The notes beneath the pieces are model-generated. The model did no database searches. It worked only from the letters and a program-made list of their open reading frames with translations, and had not been told where the DNA came from. DNA of 56,591 nucleotides from Bacilli bacterium. Lineage in GTDB: Bacteria; Bacillota_I; Bacilli_A; ML615J-28; CAG-698. The first letter of the stretch is position 1. Each line of letters begins with the position of its first letter. This document shows positions 46,775 to 55,885 of the stretch, piece after piece. The DNA is taken from positions 1 through 56,591 of the forward strand of contig JBAYTC010000001.1 of the NCBI GenBank assembly GCA_041675825.1, written 5' to 3'. The position numbers were made by a program, and so were the translations under genes.

Positions 46775-47443
46775 ATGGATTATTTAATTTATTCAATAGA
46801 AGATGATGAAGATATAAGAAGATTAATCAAACTTGCTCTATCTAAAAGTAATTTTTTAGTTAAATCATTTCCAGATGGAGAGAGTTTTTTTGAGGAATTG
46901 GAAAAAGAAAAGCCTAATATGATTTTACTTGATATGATGTTGCCAGGAATATCAGGGAGTGAAATCTTAAAAAAGCTAAGAAGCCATAAGAAATATGATG
47001 ACATAGAAATTATTATAGTTAGCTCAAATAACATGTTAATTGATAAAATTGATGGATTCGATTTAGGTGCAGATGACTACATCGAAAAGCCATTTGATGT
47101 TATGGAATTAATATCGAGAGTAAATGCAAAAGTTAGAAGATATAAGAAGAATAGATCTATAATTATAAATAATATAAGTTTAGATTTAGAAAGTCATACT
47201 TGCCTAAAGGATGGAGTAGAGGTTTTATTAACATTAAAAGAGTTTGAAATATTATCCTTATTATTTAAGAATAAAGGAAATGTTGTATCTAGGGATGATT
47301 TATTGAATCAAATCTGGGGTGTTGATCAGTTTTATGAAACCAGAACAATTGATGTTCATATTAAAAGCCTTAGAAGTAAATTAGAAGACAGTCACAATAA
47401 ACTAATCAATACTGTTCATGGAATAGGATATAAGGTAGGATAA
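46775..47443 (+). CDS. phoP: OmpR/PhoB-family response regulator (PhoP-like)
   Basis: Receiver domain with the phospho-acceptor Asp in ILLDMMLPG. Winged-helix C-terminus TIDVHIKSLRSKL...VHGIGYKV. Confidence 0.88.
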   Translation: MDYLIYSIEDDEDIRRLIKLALSKSNFLVKSFPDGESFFEELEKEKPNMILLDMMLPGISGSEILKKLRSHKKYDDIEIIIVSSNNMLIDKIDGFDLGADDYIEKPFDVMELISRVNAKVRRYKKNRSIIINNISLDLESHTCLKDGVEVLLTLKEFEILSLLFKNKGNVVSRDDLLNQIWGVDQFYETRTIDVHIKSLRSKLEDSHNKLINTVHGIGYKVG

Positions 47444-49083
47444 TGAAAAAAACAAATATATTTTACTTTTTTCTGACATCTATATTATTATTTGTCGCAT
47501 CTTCGTTTTTAATTAAAATTTATCTAAATAAGCAAGCGGACCAGAACAACAATGAAAGGATGTTTGAATATTTACAACTTGTGGATGAATATTTTGATGG
47601 AACCAATTATCAAGAAACTGAACTTCACTTAGAAAATTTAAACAAAGACTTTAAAATCCAGTTTTTGAGTTTTTCTGGTGAAATCAAATATAGTGGTATA
47701 GATTTGAATTACCAAATAAACAGTTCAGATGTTGAAAACCAAATGGATATTTATAAAACCAATATTAATGATACGGATTATATATATTCTTCTATTACTG
47801 ATGATGGTCATTATATAAGAGTAATTATTCCAATCGAAAGGAAATCAAACATTTTATTAAGTGCTATTGTTATTAATATGCTATTAATTGGTGTTTCTTA
47901 TACAATATTGTTTTTTATTATAAATAGGTTTAATTTAAAAAAATATCGTATAATTAGCAACAATATAATAAAATTGTATGATGTTTTAAATAAAACAAGT
48001 AAGCAGGAACAAACTATAGAAGATATCAATTCTTCATTAATAGAACTTCACTCATTATTAATCTCTAAAAAGTTAGAAATTAATAATGAGATAATTAAGT
48101 CAAATGTAATTATCAATAATATCAATAGAGGTATTGTTGTGATAGGTAGTGATGGAAATATACTCCTAATTAACAATTATGCAAGAGAGCTATTTAAAGC
48201 CAATGATGAGCATTTATCAAAAAATTATATCTATCTCTTTAGAAATATTAAAATTCAAGAGGGAATTGAAGAGGCATTATCTAATAAAAAATACATTAGT
48301 AGAGAGATAAAAATAGGGGCTAAATACTATTATTACAATATTCATGATTTGAATTATAACTGGGGAGAAATTAGCACATTTGTCTTATTGATATCGGAAA
48401 TATCTGATACTAGAAACACTGAGATTATGAAAAGAGAATTTTTTGCCAATGCATCTCATGAATTAAAAAGTCCGTTAACAACAATAATTGGCTATCAGCA
48501 AATGATATCAGAAGGATTACTGGTTTCAAATGAAGATGTTTTAGATGCAACTACTAGAACTTTAAAAGAAGCAAGAAGAATGAACAAAATTCTAACTGAA
48601 ATGTTAGAATTATCAAAACTCGAAAGTAGAAACGAAGTTCTTATAGAAGAAGTAAATTTATCTAGTATTATTAAAGATATATTAGAATCTAAAGTCGAAG
48701 AATTAAAAAAGAAAAATATAAAGGTTATACCTGAGTTGTTTGAATTAAAAGTAATGATGAATTATAATCATGTGTATCAACTTTTTAATAATCTAATTGA
48801 TAATGCTATAAAATATAATAAAGATAATGGAACAGTAACCATAACCATAGACTTTGCTAATAAAACTGCGAGTGTAATAGATACAGGTATTGGAATTAAA
48901 GAAGAAGAATTAGACAGGATCTACGAAAGATTTTATCGAGTTGATAAAGCTAGAAGCAAGGATGTTGGTGGTACTGGCTTAGGGTTGGCTATAGTCAAGC
49001 ACGTATGTAGTTTATACGAATTAAAAATTGATACAAAAAGTAGTATTAATATAGGAACAAGTATTACTATTCATTTTAAATAA
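47443..49083 (+). CDS. phoR: Sensor histidine kinase (PhoR-like)
   Basis: Two TM segments around a ~120-aa external loop, a PAS-like region, the H box FFANASHELKSPLT, and N/G boxes (DNAIKYN, DTGIGI, GGTGLGLAI). TAATG overlap with phoP. Confidence 0.88.
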   Translation: MKKTNIFYFFLTSILLFVASSFLIKIYLNKQADQNNNERMFEYLQLVDEYFDGTNYQETELHLENLNKDFKIQFLSFSGEIKYSGIDLNYQINSSDVENQMDIYKTNINDTDYIYSSITDDGHYIRVIIPIERKSNILLSAIVINMLLIGVSYTILFFIINRFNLKKYRIISNNIIKLYDVLNKTSKQEQTIEDINSSLIELHSLLISKKLEINNEIIKSNVIINNINRGIVVIGSDGNILLINNYARELFKANDEHLSKNYIYLFRNIKIQEGIEEALSNKKYISREIKIGAKYYYYNIHDLNYNWGEISTFVLLISEISDTRNTEIMKREFFANASHELKSPLTTIIGYQQMISEGLLVSNEDVLDATTRTLKEARRMNKILTEMLELSKLESRNEVLIEEVNLSSIIKDILESKVEELKKKNIKVIPELFELKVMMNYNHVYQLFNNLIDNAIKYNKDNGTVTITIDFANKTASVIDTGIGIKEEELDRIYERFYRVDKARSKDVGGTGLGLAIVKHVCSLYELKIDTKSSINIGTSITIHFK

Positions 49084-49092
49084 AACTTTTAT

Positions 49093-49139
49093 AGTATTTA
49101 ATTTTTAAAGTATTTAGTGTTTAATTGTAAAAGTATTTA
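49093..49139 (+). repeat. Three direct copies of AGTATTTA(G) upstream of the CNNM gene promoter
   Basis: Copies at 49093-49100, 49109-49116 and 49132-49139. The last two share AAAGTATTTAG. Confidence 0.5.
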
Positions 49140-49144
49140 GATTA

Positions 49145-49173
49145 TTGTTTATTGCTCACTAATATGGTATAAT
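49145..49173 (+). promoter_or_regulatory. Candidate promoter (TTGTTT-17 nt-TATAAT with an upstream TG, TGgTATAAT)
   Basis: -35 at 49145-49150 and -10 at 49168-49173, with TG at 49165-49166. Confidence 0.5.
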
Positions 49174-49199
49174 AATATATATATTAAGGAGATTGTATT

Positions 49200-50525
49200 A
49201 TGCAAGCAGATTCTGAACCTGACGCTGATAGTTTTAATGGTTTATCAGTGTTAGTATTACTTTTATTTATAATGATTATGGCCTTTTTTTCCGCAGCCGA
49301 AACAGCGGTGTTAACTGCTAATAAAAATAAAATGAAATACCTAGCAGATAATTCTAATAAGAAGGCAAAGCTAGTTCTATATTTTAACGAAAACGAGAAC
49401 AAATTTTTACTTACAACTCAACAAGGTTTTATTTTTTCTAGTTTCTTTGTTGTGGCTTATTTGACTATCAATATTTCTAATTCTTTATCGGGTTTTATTA
49501 CAAAAATTAACATACCATTTGCTGAAATTATTAGTATTACTATTATTGCTTTTGTATTAGTATTTGTTATAATGGTATTTGGCGTACTTTTCCCTAAAAG
49601 AGTTGCTAACAGGTTTGCTGATGGTGTTGCTTTATTTTGTATTAATGGAATTAATTTAACAAGACTAATTTTAAAACCTTTATCATATTTACTTACTTCA
49701 ACAACAGAGTTATTAGTAAAAATAACCAAACTTGAGAAGAATTTTGTTGAGGATAAAATATCTGAAGATGAGATAATATCCATCATTGAAACCGGTGTTA
49801 GCGACGGCTCCATTGATTACGATGAACAAATGATGATCGAATCTGTATTTAAGTTTAATGATTTAGAAGCTATGGATGTTATGACCCCTCGTGTTGATGT
49901 AATGATGATAGATTTAGATGATGAGCTAGAAGAATATATTGATGAAATCATTGATGGTAAATATACAAGAATACCAATTTATCGTGGTTATAAAGACAAT
50001 ATTGTGGGTATTATTAATATTAAAGATGTTTTAAAACAAGCTAGAATTGTTGGATTTGATAAAATCAATATTGAATCTATCGTGAGAAAACCTTTATTTG
50101 TTCCTGAGTCAATAAAGATTAATGTATTATTTAAAAAGATGAAGGATTCCAAAAACCATATGGCAATACTTAGTGACCAATATGGTGGATTTGTTGGTAT
50201 AGTTACATTAGAAGACTTGATTGAAGAAATCATGGGAGAAATTGATGATGAGTTTGATGATTCAAGAAAACCAGTGATTAAGATCAATTCTAATTCATAT
50301 ATAGCAAATGCTGGAATTCCAATCCAAGATTTGAATAGATTATTAGATTTGGAATTTGAAGAAGATAATGAAAACTATGATACTTTGGGTGGACTAATTC
50401 TAATGCTTCTTGATAGGATTCCTGATGAGAATGAAAAAGTTAGTGTTGAATATAGTAATATCGTATTTACAGTAATTAAAATGGATTCTAATAGAATTGA
50501 AAAAGTAAGAATTGATATTAAATAA
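49200..50525 (+). CDS. CNNM/DUF21-CBS-CorC_HlyC family protein (hemolysin / Mg-Co efflux-like, TlyC/CorC family)
   Basis: 441 aa. N-terminal four-TM DUF21 (FFSAAETAV), a CBS pair (VMTPRVD..., IPIY), and a C-terminal transporter-associated domain. Confidence 0.85.
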   Translation: MQADSEPDADSFNGLSVLVLLLFIMIMAFFSAAETAVLTANKNKMKYLADNSNKKAKLVLYFNENENKFLLTTQQGFIFSSFFVVAYLTINISNSLSGFITKINIPFAEIISITIIAFVLVFVIMVFGVLFPKRVANRFADGVALFCINGINLTRLILKPLSYLLTSTTELLVKITKLEKNFVEDKISEDEIISIIETGVSDGSIDYDEQMMIESVFKFNDLEAMDVMTPRVDVMMIDLDDELEEYIDEIIDGKYTRIPIYRGYKDNIVGIINIKDVLKQARIVGFDKINIESIVRKPLFVPESIKINVLFKKMKDSKNHMAILSDQYGGFVGIVTLEDLIEEIMGEIDDEFDDSRKPVIKINSNSYIANAGIPIQDLNRLLDLEFEEDNENYDTLGGLILMLLDRIPDENEKVSVEYSNIVFTVIKMDSNRIEKVRIDIK

Positions 50526-50545
50526 AAGCTCATTTTGAGCTTTTT
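50524..50545 (+). terminator. Rho-independent terminator
   Basis: aaaagctca-ttt-tgagcttttt. Confidence 0.8.
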
Positions 50546-50655
50546 ACTTTGAACTTCAAATAAGTAAACCTTTACATATAACAAATTATATAGTAGAATA
50601 TATGAAAGCGCGCTAAAATGCTTTATAATAGTCAACTTTATAAGAGGTGTTAATA

Positions 50656-51372
50656 ATGGAAAAAAAGAAGAAAAAAGGTCCTTTAGTCAGATTTTTATAT
50701 TTTATTCTAAAGAAGATAAAAAAACAGCCTATCATTGTTAATTTAAATGATAACATAAGTGAACAATCAATTTTCATATCTAATCATAGTGCAGCCAATG
50801 GACCACTAACTTTATCTTTGTATTTTCCTAGAGAGTTTAGGCCTTGGGGAATTTACTATATGTGCCAAGGATACAAATCTAGATGGAAATATTTATATCA
50901 TATATTCTATCAACAAAAACTAGGATGGGGTAAATTTAAATCATTTATAATTGCTACACTATTTGCTATGATATCTGGTGTTGTGTATCGTGCAATGGAA
51001 GTAATACCTTCATATACTGATGGTAGGTTAAAAAATTCAATTAAATTGAGTATCGAACACTTGGAAATGAAGAAGTCAGTGCTGATTTTTCCAGAAAATT
51101 CTGATACTGGATATCATAAAGTATTAAAATACTATAATCCAGGATTTGTCTTTCTTGCTGAACAATTTTTTAAAAAGCATTCAATCGATGTTCCCGTGTA
51201 TACAGTATACTTTTCAAAAACTGATAATGCTTTAATTATTGATAAGCCGCAGTATATAAAAGATATGATTGATCAGGGTATGAATAAGAAAGAAATTGCT
51301 GAAAAGTTTAGAATCAGAACAAATGAATTAGGAGAATTACTTAATAACCATTTAGTTCAATCGAGATTATAG
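50656..51372 (+). CDS. Putative lysophospholipid/PlsC-like acyltransferase family protein
   Basis: ISNHSAANGP (HX4-like block with Asp replaced) and IFPENSDTG (FPEG-like block). ATG at 50656 lies 8 nt after AAGAGG. Assignment is weak. Confidence 0.45.
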   Translation: MEKKKKKGPLVRFLYFILKKIKKQPIIVNLNDNISEQSIFISNHSAANGPLTLSLYFPREFRPWGIYYMCQGYKSRWKYLYHIFYQQKLGWGKFKSFIIATLFAMISGVVYRAMEVIPSYTDGRLKNSIKLSIEHLEMKKSVLIFPENSDTGYHKVLKYYNPGFVFLAEQFFKKHSIDVPVYTVYFSKTDNALIIDKPQYIKDMIDQGMNKKEIAEKFRIRTNELGELLNNHLVQSRL

Positions 51373-51388
51373 TTATCGATTGTATATT

Positions 51389-51411
51389 AAACCTCTTGTT
51401 AAGAGGTTTTT
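51389..51411 (+). terminator. Rho-independent terminator
   Basis: aaacctctt-gtt-aagaggttt followed by TT. Confidence 0.75.
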
Positions 51412-51482
51412 AATTTTAAGTTTAATTTTATTTACATATATTTTGTAATGTGTTAAAATAAGTTATTAAGGAGAATATTAAA

Positions 51483-52712
51483 ATGAATAATAAACTAAGA
51501 AAATTTGCAAAATTAATTGTTAATGTCGGTGTTAATGTCCAAAAAGATCAAATAATGGTTATTAATTCACCTGTTGAGTGTAAAGAATTTACTAGATTAT
51601 TAGCTGAAGAAGGATATTTGGCTGGGTCTAAATATGTTATGGTTAGGTGGAATGATGATACTATAAATAAAACATATTTTACCTATGCGGATTTAGATGT
51701 AATTAAAGAAGTGCCAAACTTTGTTATAGAACAGTTCAAATATATTGTAGACAATAATGCAGCAGTTATCTCAATTACAGCTCCATCACCTGGTCTTTTA
51801 AAAGACATAGATCCTAATAAGTTGCAACTTAATGCGAAAGTTACCAACGAAAAGGTTCAATTCTATCGTAAACATATGATGAGTAATTCAAGTCAGTGGT
51901 GTGTTGTTGCATATCCTACTGAAGCTTGGGCTGAAAAGGTATTTCCAAATGTTGATGAAAAAAGTAGAACTGAAAAATTACTTGATGCAATTTTAGAAGC
52001 AAGCCGTGTAACTGAAAATAATGATCCTGTTGCTGAATGGAATAAGCATATGGATACTTTAGCTAGACATAATAAGATGTTAAATGATTATAACTTTAAA
52101 ACTCTAAACTTCAAAAATAGCTTGGGAACTGATTTAGAAATCACGCTTGTTGAAGATCACATTTGGGGTGGTGGTGGAGAACACGCTAAAAATGGTGTTT
52201 ATTTTGCGCCTAATATTCCAACAGAGGAAACATTTACAATGCCTCATAAGTTTGGAGCAAATGGTAAAGTTGTAGCTACAAAACCATTAAATTACCAAGG
52301 AAAGCTTATCGAAGATTTCTATTTAGTTTTTAAAGATGGTAAAGTAGTTGAATATGATGCGAAAAAAGATAAAGATGCATTAACTAATCTACTTGATTTA
52401 GATGAAGGAAGTCGTCATTTAGGGGAAGTTGCGTTAATAAGTCATGATTCTCCAATTTCAAATATGAATATTTTGTTCTATAATACACTGTTTGATGAAA
52501 ATGCATCTTGCCATTTGGCATTAGGAAATGCATATACGATGAATATTAAAAATGGAAATAACTTAAGTGATGATGAACTAGAAGAACGTGGTTATAATAA
52601 GTCAATGAATCATGTTGATTTCATGTTTGGAAGCAAAGATATGGAAATAGTTGGAACCACACATGATGGAAAAAAAGTTCAAATCTTTAGTAAAGGAAAT
52701 TTTGTTTTTTAG
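51483..52712 (+). CDS. M29-family aminopeptidase (AmpS/PepS type)
   Basis: 409 aa. KFAKLIVNVGVNVQKDQ start, GEVALI, FDENASCHLALG, HVDFM. Confidence 0.88.
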   Translation: MNNKLRKFAKLIVNVGVNVQKDQIMVINSPVECKEFTRLLAEEGYLAGSKYVMVRWNDDTINKTYFTYADLDVIKEVPNFVIEQFKYIVDNNAAVISITAPSPGLLKDIDPNKLQLNAKVTNEKVQFYRKHMMSNSSQWCVVAYPTEAWAEKVFPNVDEKSRTEKLLDAILEASRVTENNDPVAEWNKHMDTLARHNKMLNDYNFKTLNFKNSLGTDLEITLVEDHIWGGGGEHAKNGVYFAPNIPTEETFTMPHKFGANGKVVATKPLNYQGKLIEDFYLVFKDGKVVEYDAKKDKDALTNLLDLDEGSRHLGEVALISHDSPISNMNILFYNTLFDENASCHLALGNAYTMNIKNGNNLSDDELEERGYNKSMNHVDFMFGSKDMEIVGTTHDGKKVQIFSKGNFVF

Positions 52713-52724
52713 GAAGGAGTAATA

Positions 52725-53195
52725 ATGTCACGTTTAAGGGATTCTTTGAATGATATGCTTGTGAATATATTTAATCATATAACCACTTTAGAAGGTGTTA
52801 CACTTAAAAAAATGGGGATTAAAGTTTCTATGAATGAAGTTCATATAATTGAAGCTATTCATAATAACGAAATACCAACTATGACAAATGTAGCTTCTAT
52901 GCTTTTAATTACAGCCGGTTCTCTGACAACTGCTGTAGAAAAATTAGTACAAAAAGGATATGTCATAAGATATCAAGAAGAAAATGATCGAAGAAAGGTT
53001 TTACTGAAACTAACTGCAAAAGGTGAAGAAGTAATTAAAATTCACGATATTTTTCATGATGAAATGATTGAAAACACAATAAAGGATATGCATCTTGATG
53101 AAGAAAGCGAACTAATTCCGATTTTAGAAAATTTATCTGATTACTTTAGAAAAAAATATCAAGATAGAATAGAATCAATGAAGTCAGAAAGATAG
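52725..53195 (+). CDS. MarR-family transcriptional regulator
   Basis: 156 aa. Winged helix-turn-helix with LTTAVEKLVQKGYVIRYQEENDRRKVLLKLTAKGEE. Confidence 0.8.
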   Translation: MSRLRDSLNDMLVNIFNHITTLEGVTLKKMGIKVSMNEVHIIEAIHNNEIPTMTNVASMLLITAGSLTTAVEKLVQKGYVIRYQEENDRRKVLLKLTAKGEEVIKIHDIFHDEMIENTIKDMHLDEESELIPILENLSDYFRKKYQDRIESMKSER

Positions 53196-53210
53196 CTTTG
53201 CTATCTTTTT
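53188..53210 (+). terminator. Rho-independent terminator
   Basis: aaagatagc-ttt-gctatcttt followed by TT. Confidence 0.75.
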
Positions 53211-53274
53211 GTTTTTATGGACATAATTAGATTTGTTTGTTATAATAGTATGAAAGAAAATTTAAAGGAGAATT

Positions 53275-54936
53275 ATGAAAAAGATACTTATACTTGTTTT
53301 AATGTTTTTAGTAGTGGGGTGTACTAACGAATCAAAAAATATTGATTTAGAAACACCGACAGGGGTAATGATTTTCAATAATAGCGAAGATAATGAAGCT
53401 ATTGTTGGTGGTATGACTGTTGAATTATTTGCTATTGTTAATCCGTCGAATGCTAGCCAAGAGGTAATATGGTCTAGTAGTGATGAAAACATCGCTACAG
53501 TAAGCGATTCTGGCGTTGTTACTGGTATTAATGAAGGAAGTGTTACAATTACTGTAAAAGTGAAAGACTATGATTTTACTGACAGTATTGATTTATTTGT
53601 TTATGATGATAATAGAAATCTAAAGGCAATTGATGAAATAATTGATTATTTGGATACAATTATTCCTGAGTCTACTACTGAAGATATTGCTTTACCATCT
53701 GTTTTAGAAGGAGCGAGACTTTCATGGAAGAGTAGTAATGAAAGTATTATTTCGATAATTGGTAGAGTTTCATTGGGGAAAGCCCCAGAAAGTGTTACTT
53801 TAACTGCCGATGTAAGAATCGGTAGAGTTAGAAAGGAATTTGAGAAAGAAGTTATGGTTGATAGTTATACATTAAGAGATATATCAAATAGAAAAGTAAG
53901 TTTTGCTTACTTGTATGATCATGCAGGAAGCTTTACGGGTTTTAATGATGGAGATCTTGATAAGATTGACGTAATAAATTATGCTTTTGGTGGTATTAGA
54001 AATGGTGAGTTAGCATTAGCCTCATCAACTAGATTACCTCAAATTGTGAGTGAATCACATAAAGCAGGCGTTAGAGTTGTTTTGGCTATTGGTGGATGGG
54101 GTGTTGATGGATTCTCTGATGCCTCATTGACTAAGGATTCTAGGAAAATATTTATTGATTCGATTTTAGAAGGTATTGATAAATATCATTTGGATGGGAT
54201 CGATTTTGACTGGGAATATCCTACAAGTACAGCAGGAGGGCTCATCAAAGCACGACCTGAGGATAAACAAAACTTTACTCATTTAGTTGTTGAAACATAT
54301 GAAGCTCTTAAGGCAAAAAATCCAGATCTTACATTGAGTATAGCAGTTCCTAACGGTTCTTGGGCTGCTCAATCATATTATGAAGTTAACAAGATAAAGG
54401 ATCATATTGATTATCTTCATCTTATGAGTTATGATATGATTAATTTTGCTACAGCGTCAAATAAAATAGTTAAATCTAGTCATCATACCAACCTTTTACC
54501 ATCTAGTAATGCTGTTAGTTCAGCTACTTCTGGGATAAACGCATACCATAGTTTAGGAATTCCAAAAGAAAAGATTGTTTTAGGGATTGCATTCTATGGT
54601 CATGGATTTAAAGTCTCTAATGCAGGAAATAACGGTATGGGGGCTGATACTGACACCGCAGTTGCAGGTAATAAATTTACTATTTCCTATCGTGCAATTG
54701 TAAATGACTATTTAAGTAATCCAGAAACATATACTGTGTATTACGATGATGCTGCAAAAGCTAGTTGGTTATATGGTAATGGTACTGTAATTAGTTATGA
54801 TGATCCAAGAAGTATTGCAGCTAAATGTGATTATGTTAATGATAATGATTTAGGTGGAGTTATGTTCTGGCAATATTCACAAGACCATACTGACTCAATT
54901 TTGGTTAATGCCATATTTGATAATTTAAACAAATAA
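53275..54936 (+). CDS. Surface lipoprotein with an N-terminal Big_2 domain and a GH18 chitinase-type catalytic domain
   Basis: Lipobox VVGC. Big_2 stretch IWSSSDENIATVSDSGVVTGINEGSVTITV. GH18 catalytic motif LDGIDFDWEYP, plus LAIGGWG, MSYD, GGVMFWQYSQD. Confidence 0.88.
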   Translation: MKKILILVLMFLVVGCTNESKNIDLETPTGVMIFNNSEDNEAIVGGMTVELFAIVNPSNASQEVIWSSSDENIATVSDSGVVTGINEGSVTITVKVKDYDFTDSIDLFVYDDNRNLKAIDEIIDYLDTIIPESTTEDIALPSVLEGARLSWKSSNESIISIIGRVSLGKAPESVTLTADVRIGRVRKEFEKEVMVDSYTLRDISNRKVSFAYLYDHAGSFTGFNDGDLDKIDVINYAFGGIRNGELALASSTRLPQIVSESHKAGVRVVLAIGGWGVDGFSDASLTKDSRKIFIDSILEGIDKYHLDGIDFDWEYPTSTAGGLIKARPEDKQNFTHLVVETYEALKAKNPDLTLSIAVPNGSWAAQSYYEVNKIKDHIDYLHLMSYDMINFATASNKIVKSSHHTNLLPSSNAVSSATSGINAYHSLGIPKEKIVLGIAFYGHGFKVSNAGNNGMGADTDTAVAGNKFTISYRAIVNDYLSNPETYTVYYDDAAKASWLYGNGTVISYDDPRSIAAKCDYVNDNDLGGVMFWQYSQDHTDSILVNAIFDNLNK

Positions 54937-54946
54937 ACAAACTAGA

Positions 54947-54969
54947 CTACACATTTGTGTAGTTTTTTT
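54947..54969 (+). terminator. Rho-independent terminator
   Basis: ctacac-attt-gtgtag followed by T7. Confidence 0.7.
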
Positions 54970-55054
54970 ATTCTTAACTGAAAAAGAATTTTACTTATAA
55001 TTAATTATATGGTATAATTATTTAGTAAATAATTATAGAAAGAAGGGTGTTTAA

Positions 55055-55783
55055 ATGGGAAGAGCACATGAAGTCCGTGCAGCCTCAATGGCAAAAACGG
55101 CAGCAGCAAAAAGTAAATTAAATGCTAAATATGGTCGAATGATTTATATAGCAGCAAAGAGTGGTATCCCTGACCCGGAAGTAAATCAACCTTTGAAAAA
55201 AGAAATTGAAAGAGCTAAGAAGGCACAAATATCAGCTGATGTAATTAAAAGAGCAATCGAAAAGGCTAAGGGTGGTTCTACTGAGACATATGATGCTACA
55301 AGATATGAAGGATTTGGTCCTAACAATTCGATGTTTATTGTAGAATGTCTAACCGATAATACTAATAGAACTTATACAGAGGTGAGAACAGCATTTAATA
55401 AATGTGGATTTAAACTTGGGGTAGATGGAAGTGTTATTCACATGTTTAATAATCAAGCAGTATTTAGTTTTGAAGGATTAAACGATGAGGAGACATTAGA
55501 GGTTTTAATAATGGCAGACTGTGATGTTGAAGATATAGCATATGAAGATGGTCTAACTACAGTTTATGCTCCTTCAACAGAGTATTCAAAAATTAGAGAT
55601 GCTTTAGAAGAAGCAATGCCTGATGTAGAATTGCTAGAAGACCACATTGCATGGATCCCACAAATGACTGTTAAACTGGAAAATGAAAAAGATATTGAAC
55701 AATTTGAAAGGTTTAAATCTGTTTTAGATGAAAATGATGATGTTCAAAATATCTATCATAATATTGAATCAAATGAAGACTAG
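55055..55783 (+). CDS. yebC: YebC/PmpR-family DNA-binding transcriptional regulator
   Basis: 242 aa. Starts MGRAHEVRAASMAKTAAAKSK, continues with YEGFGPN. Confidence 0.93.
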   Translation: MGRAHEVRAASMAKTAAAKSKLNAKYGRMIYIAAKSGIPDPEVNQPLKKEIERAKKAQISADVIKRAIEKAKGGSTETYDATRYEGFGPNNSMFIVECLTDNTNRTYTEVRTAFNKCGFKLGVDGSVIHMFNNQAVFSFEGLNDEETLEVLIMADCDVEDIAYEDGLTTVYAPSTEYSKIRDALEEAMPDVELLEDHIAWIPQMTVKLENEKDIEQFERFKSVLDENDDVQNIYHNIESNED

Positions 55784-55797
55784 TCTTCATTTTTTTT
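55773..55797 (+). terminator. Rho-independent terminator
   Basis: tgaaga-ctag-tcttca followed by T8. It overlaps the yebC stop. Confidence 0.75.
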
Positions 55798-55885
55798 AAT
55801 GTCACTGTTGAAAAAAAAAAGAATATAGTTTATAATAGAGGTGGTTAATAATAAACCGATAATAAAGCGTTTTCAAAGGAGGAAA

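Noticed and set aside
49184-50635. Four minus-strand ORFs (72-118 aa) opposite the CNNM/CorC gene.
   Set aside because: The + strand ORF has the full DUF21-CBS-CorC architecture with a good RBS. The antisense ORFs are low-complexity with no signals.
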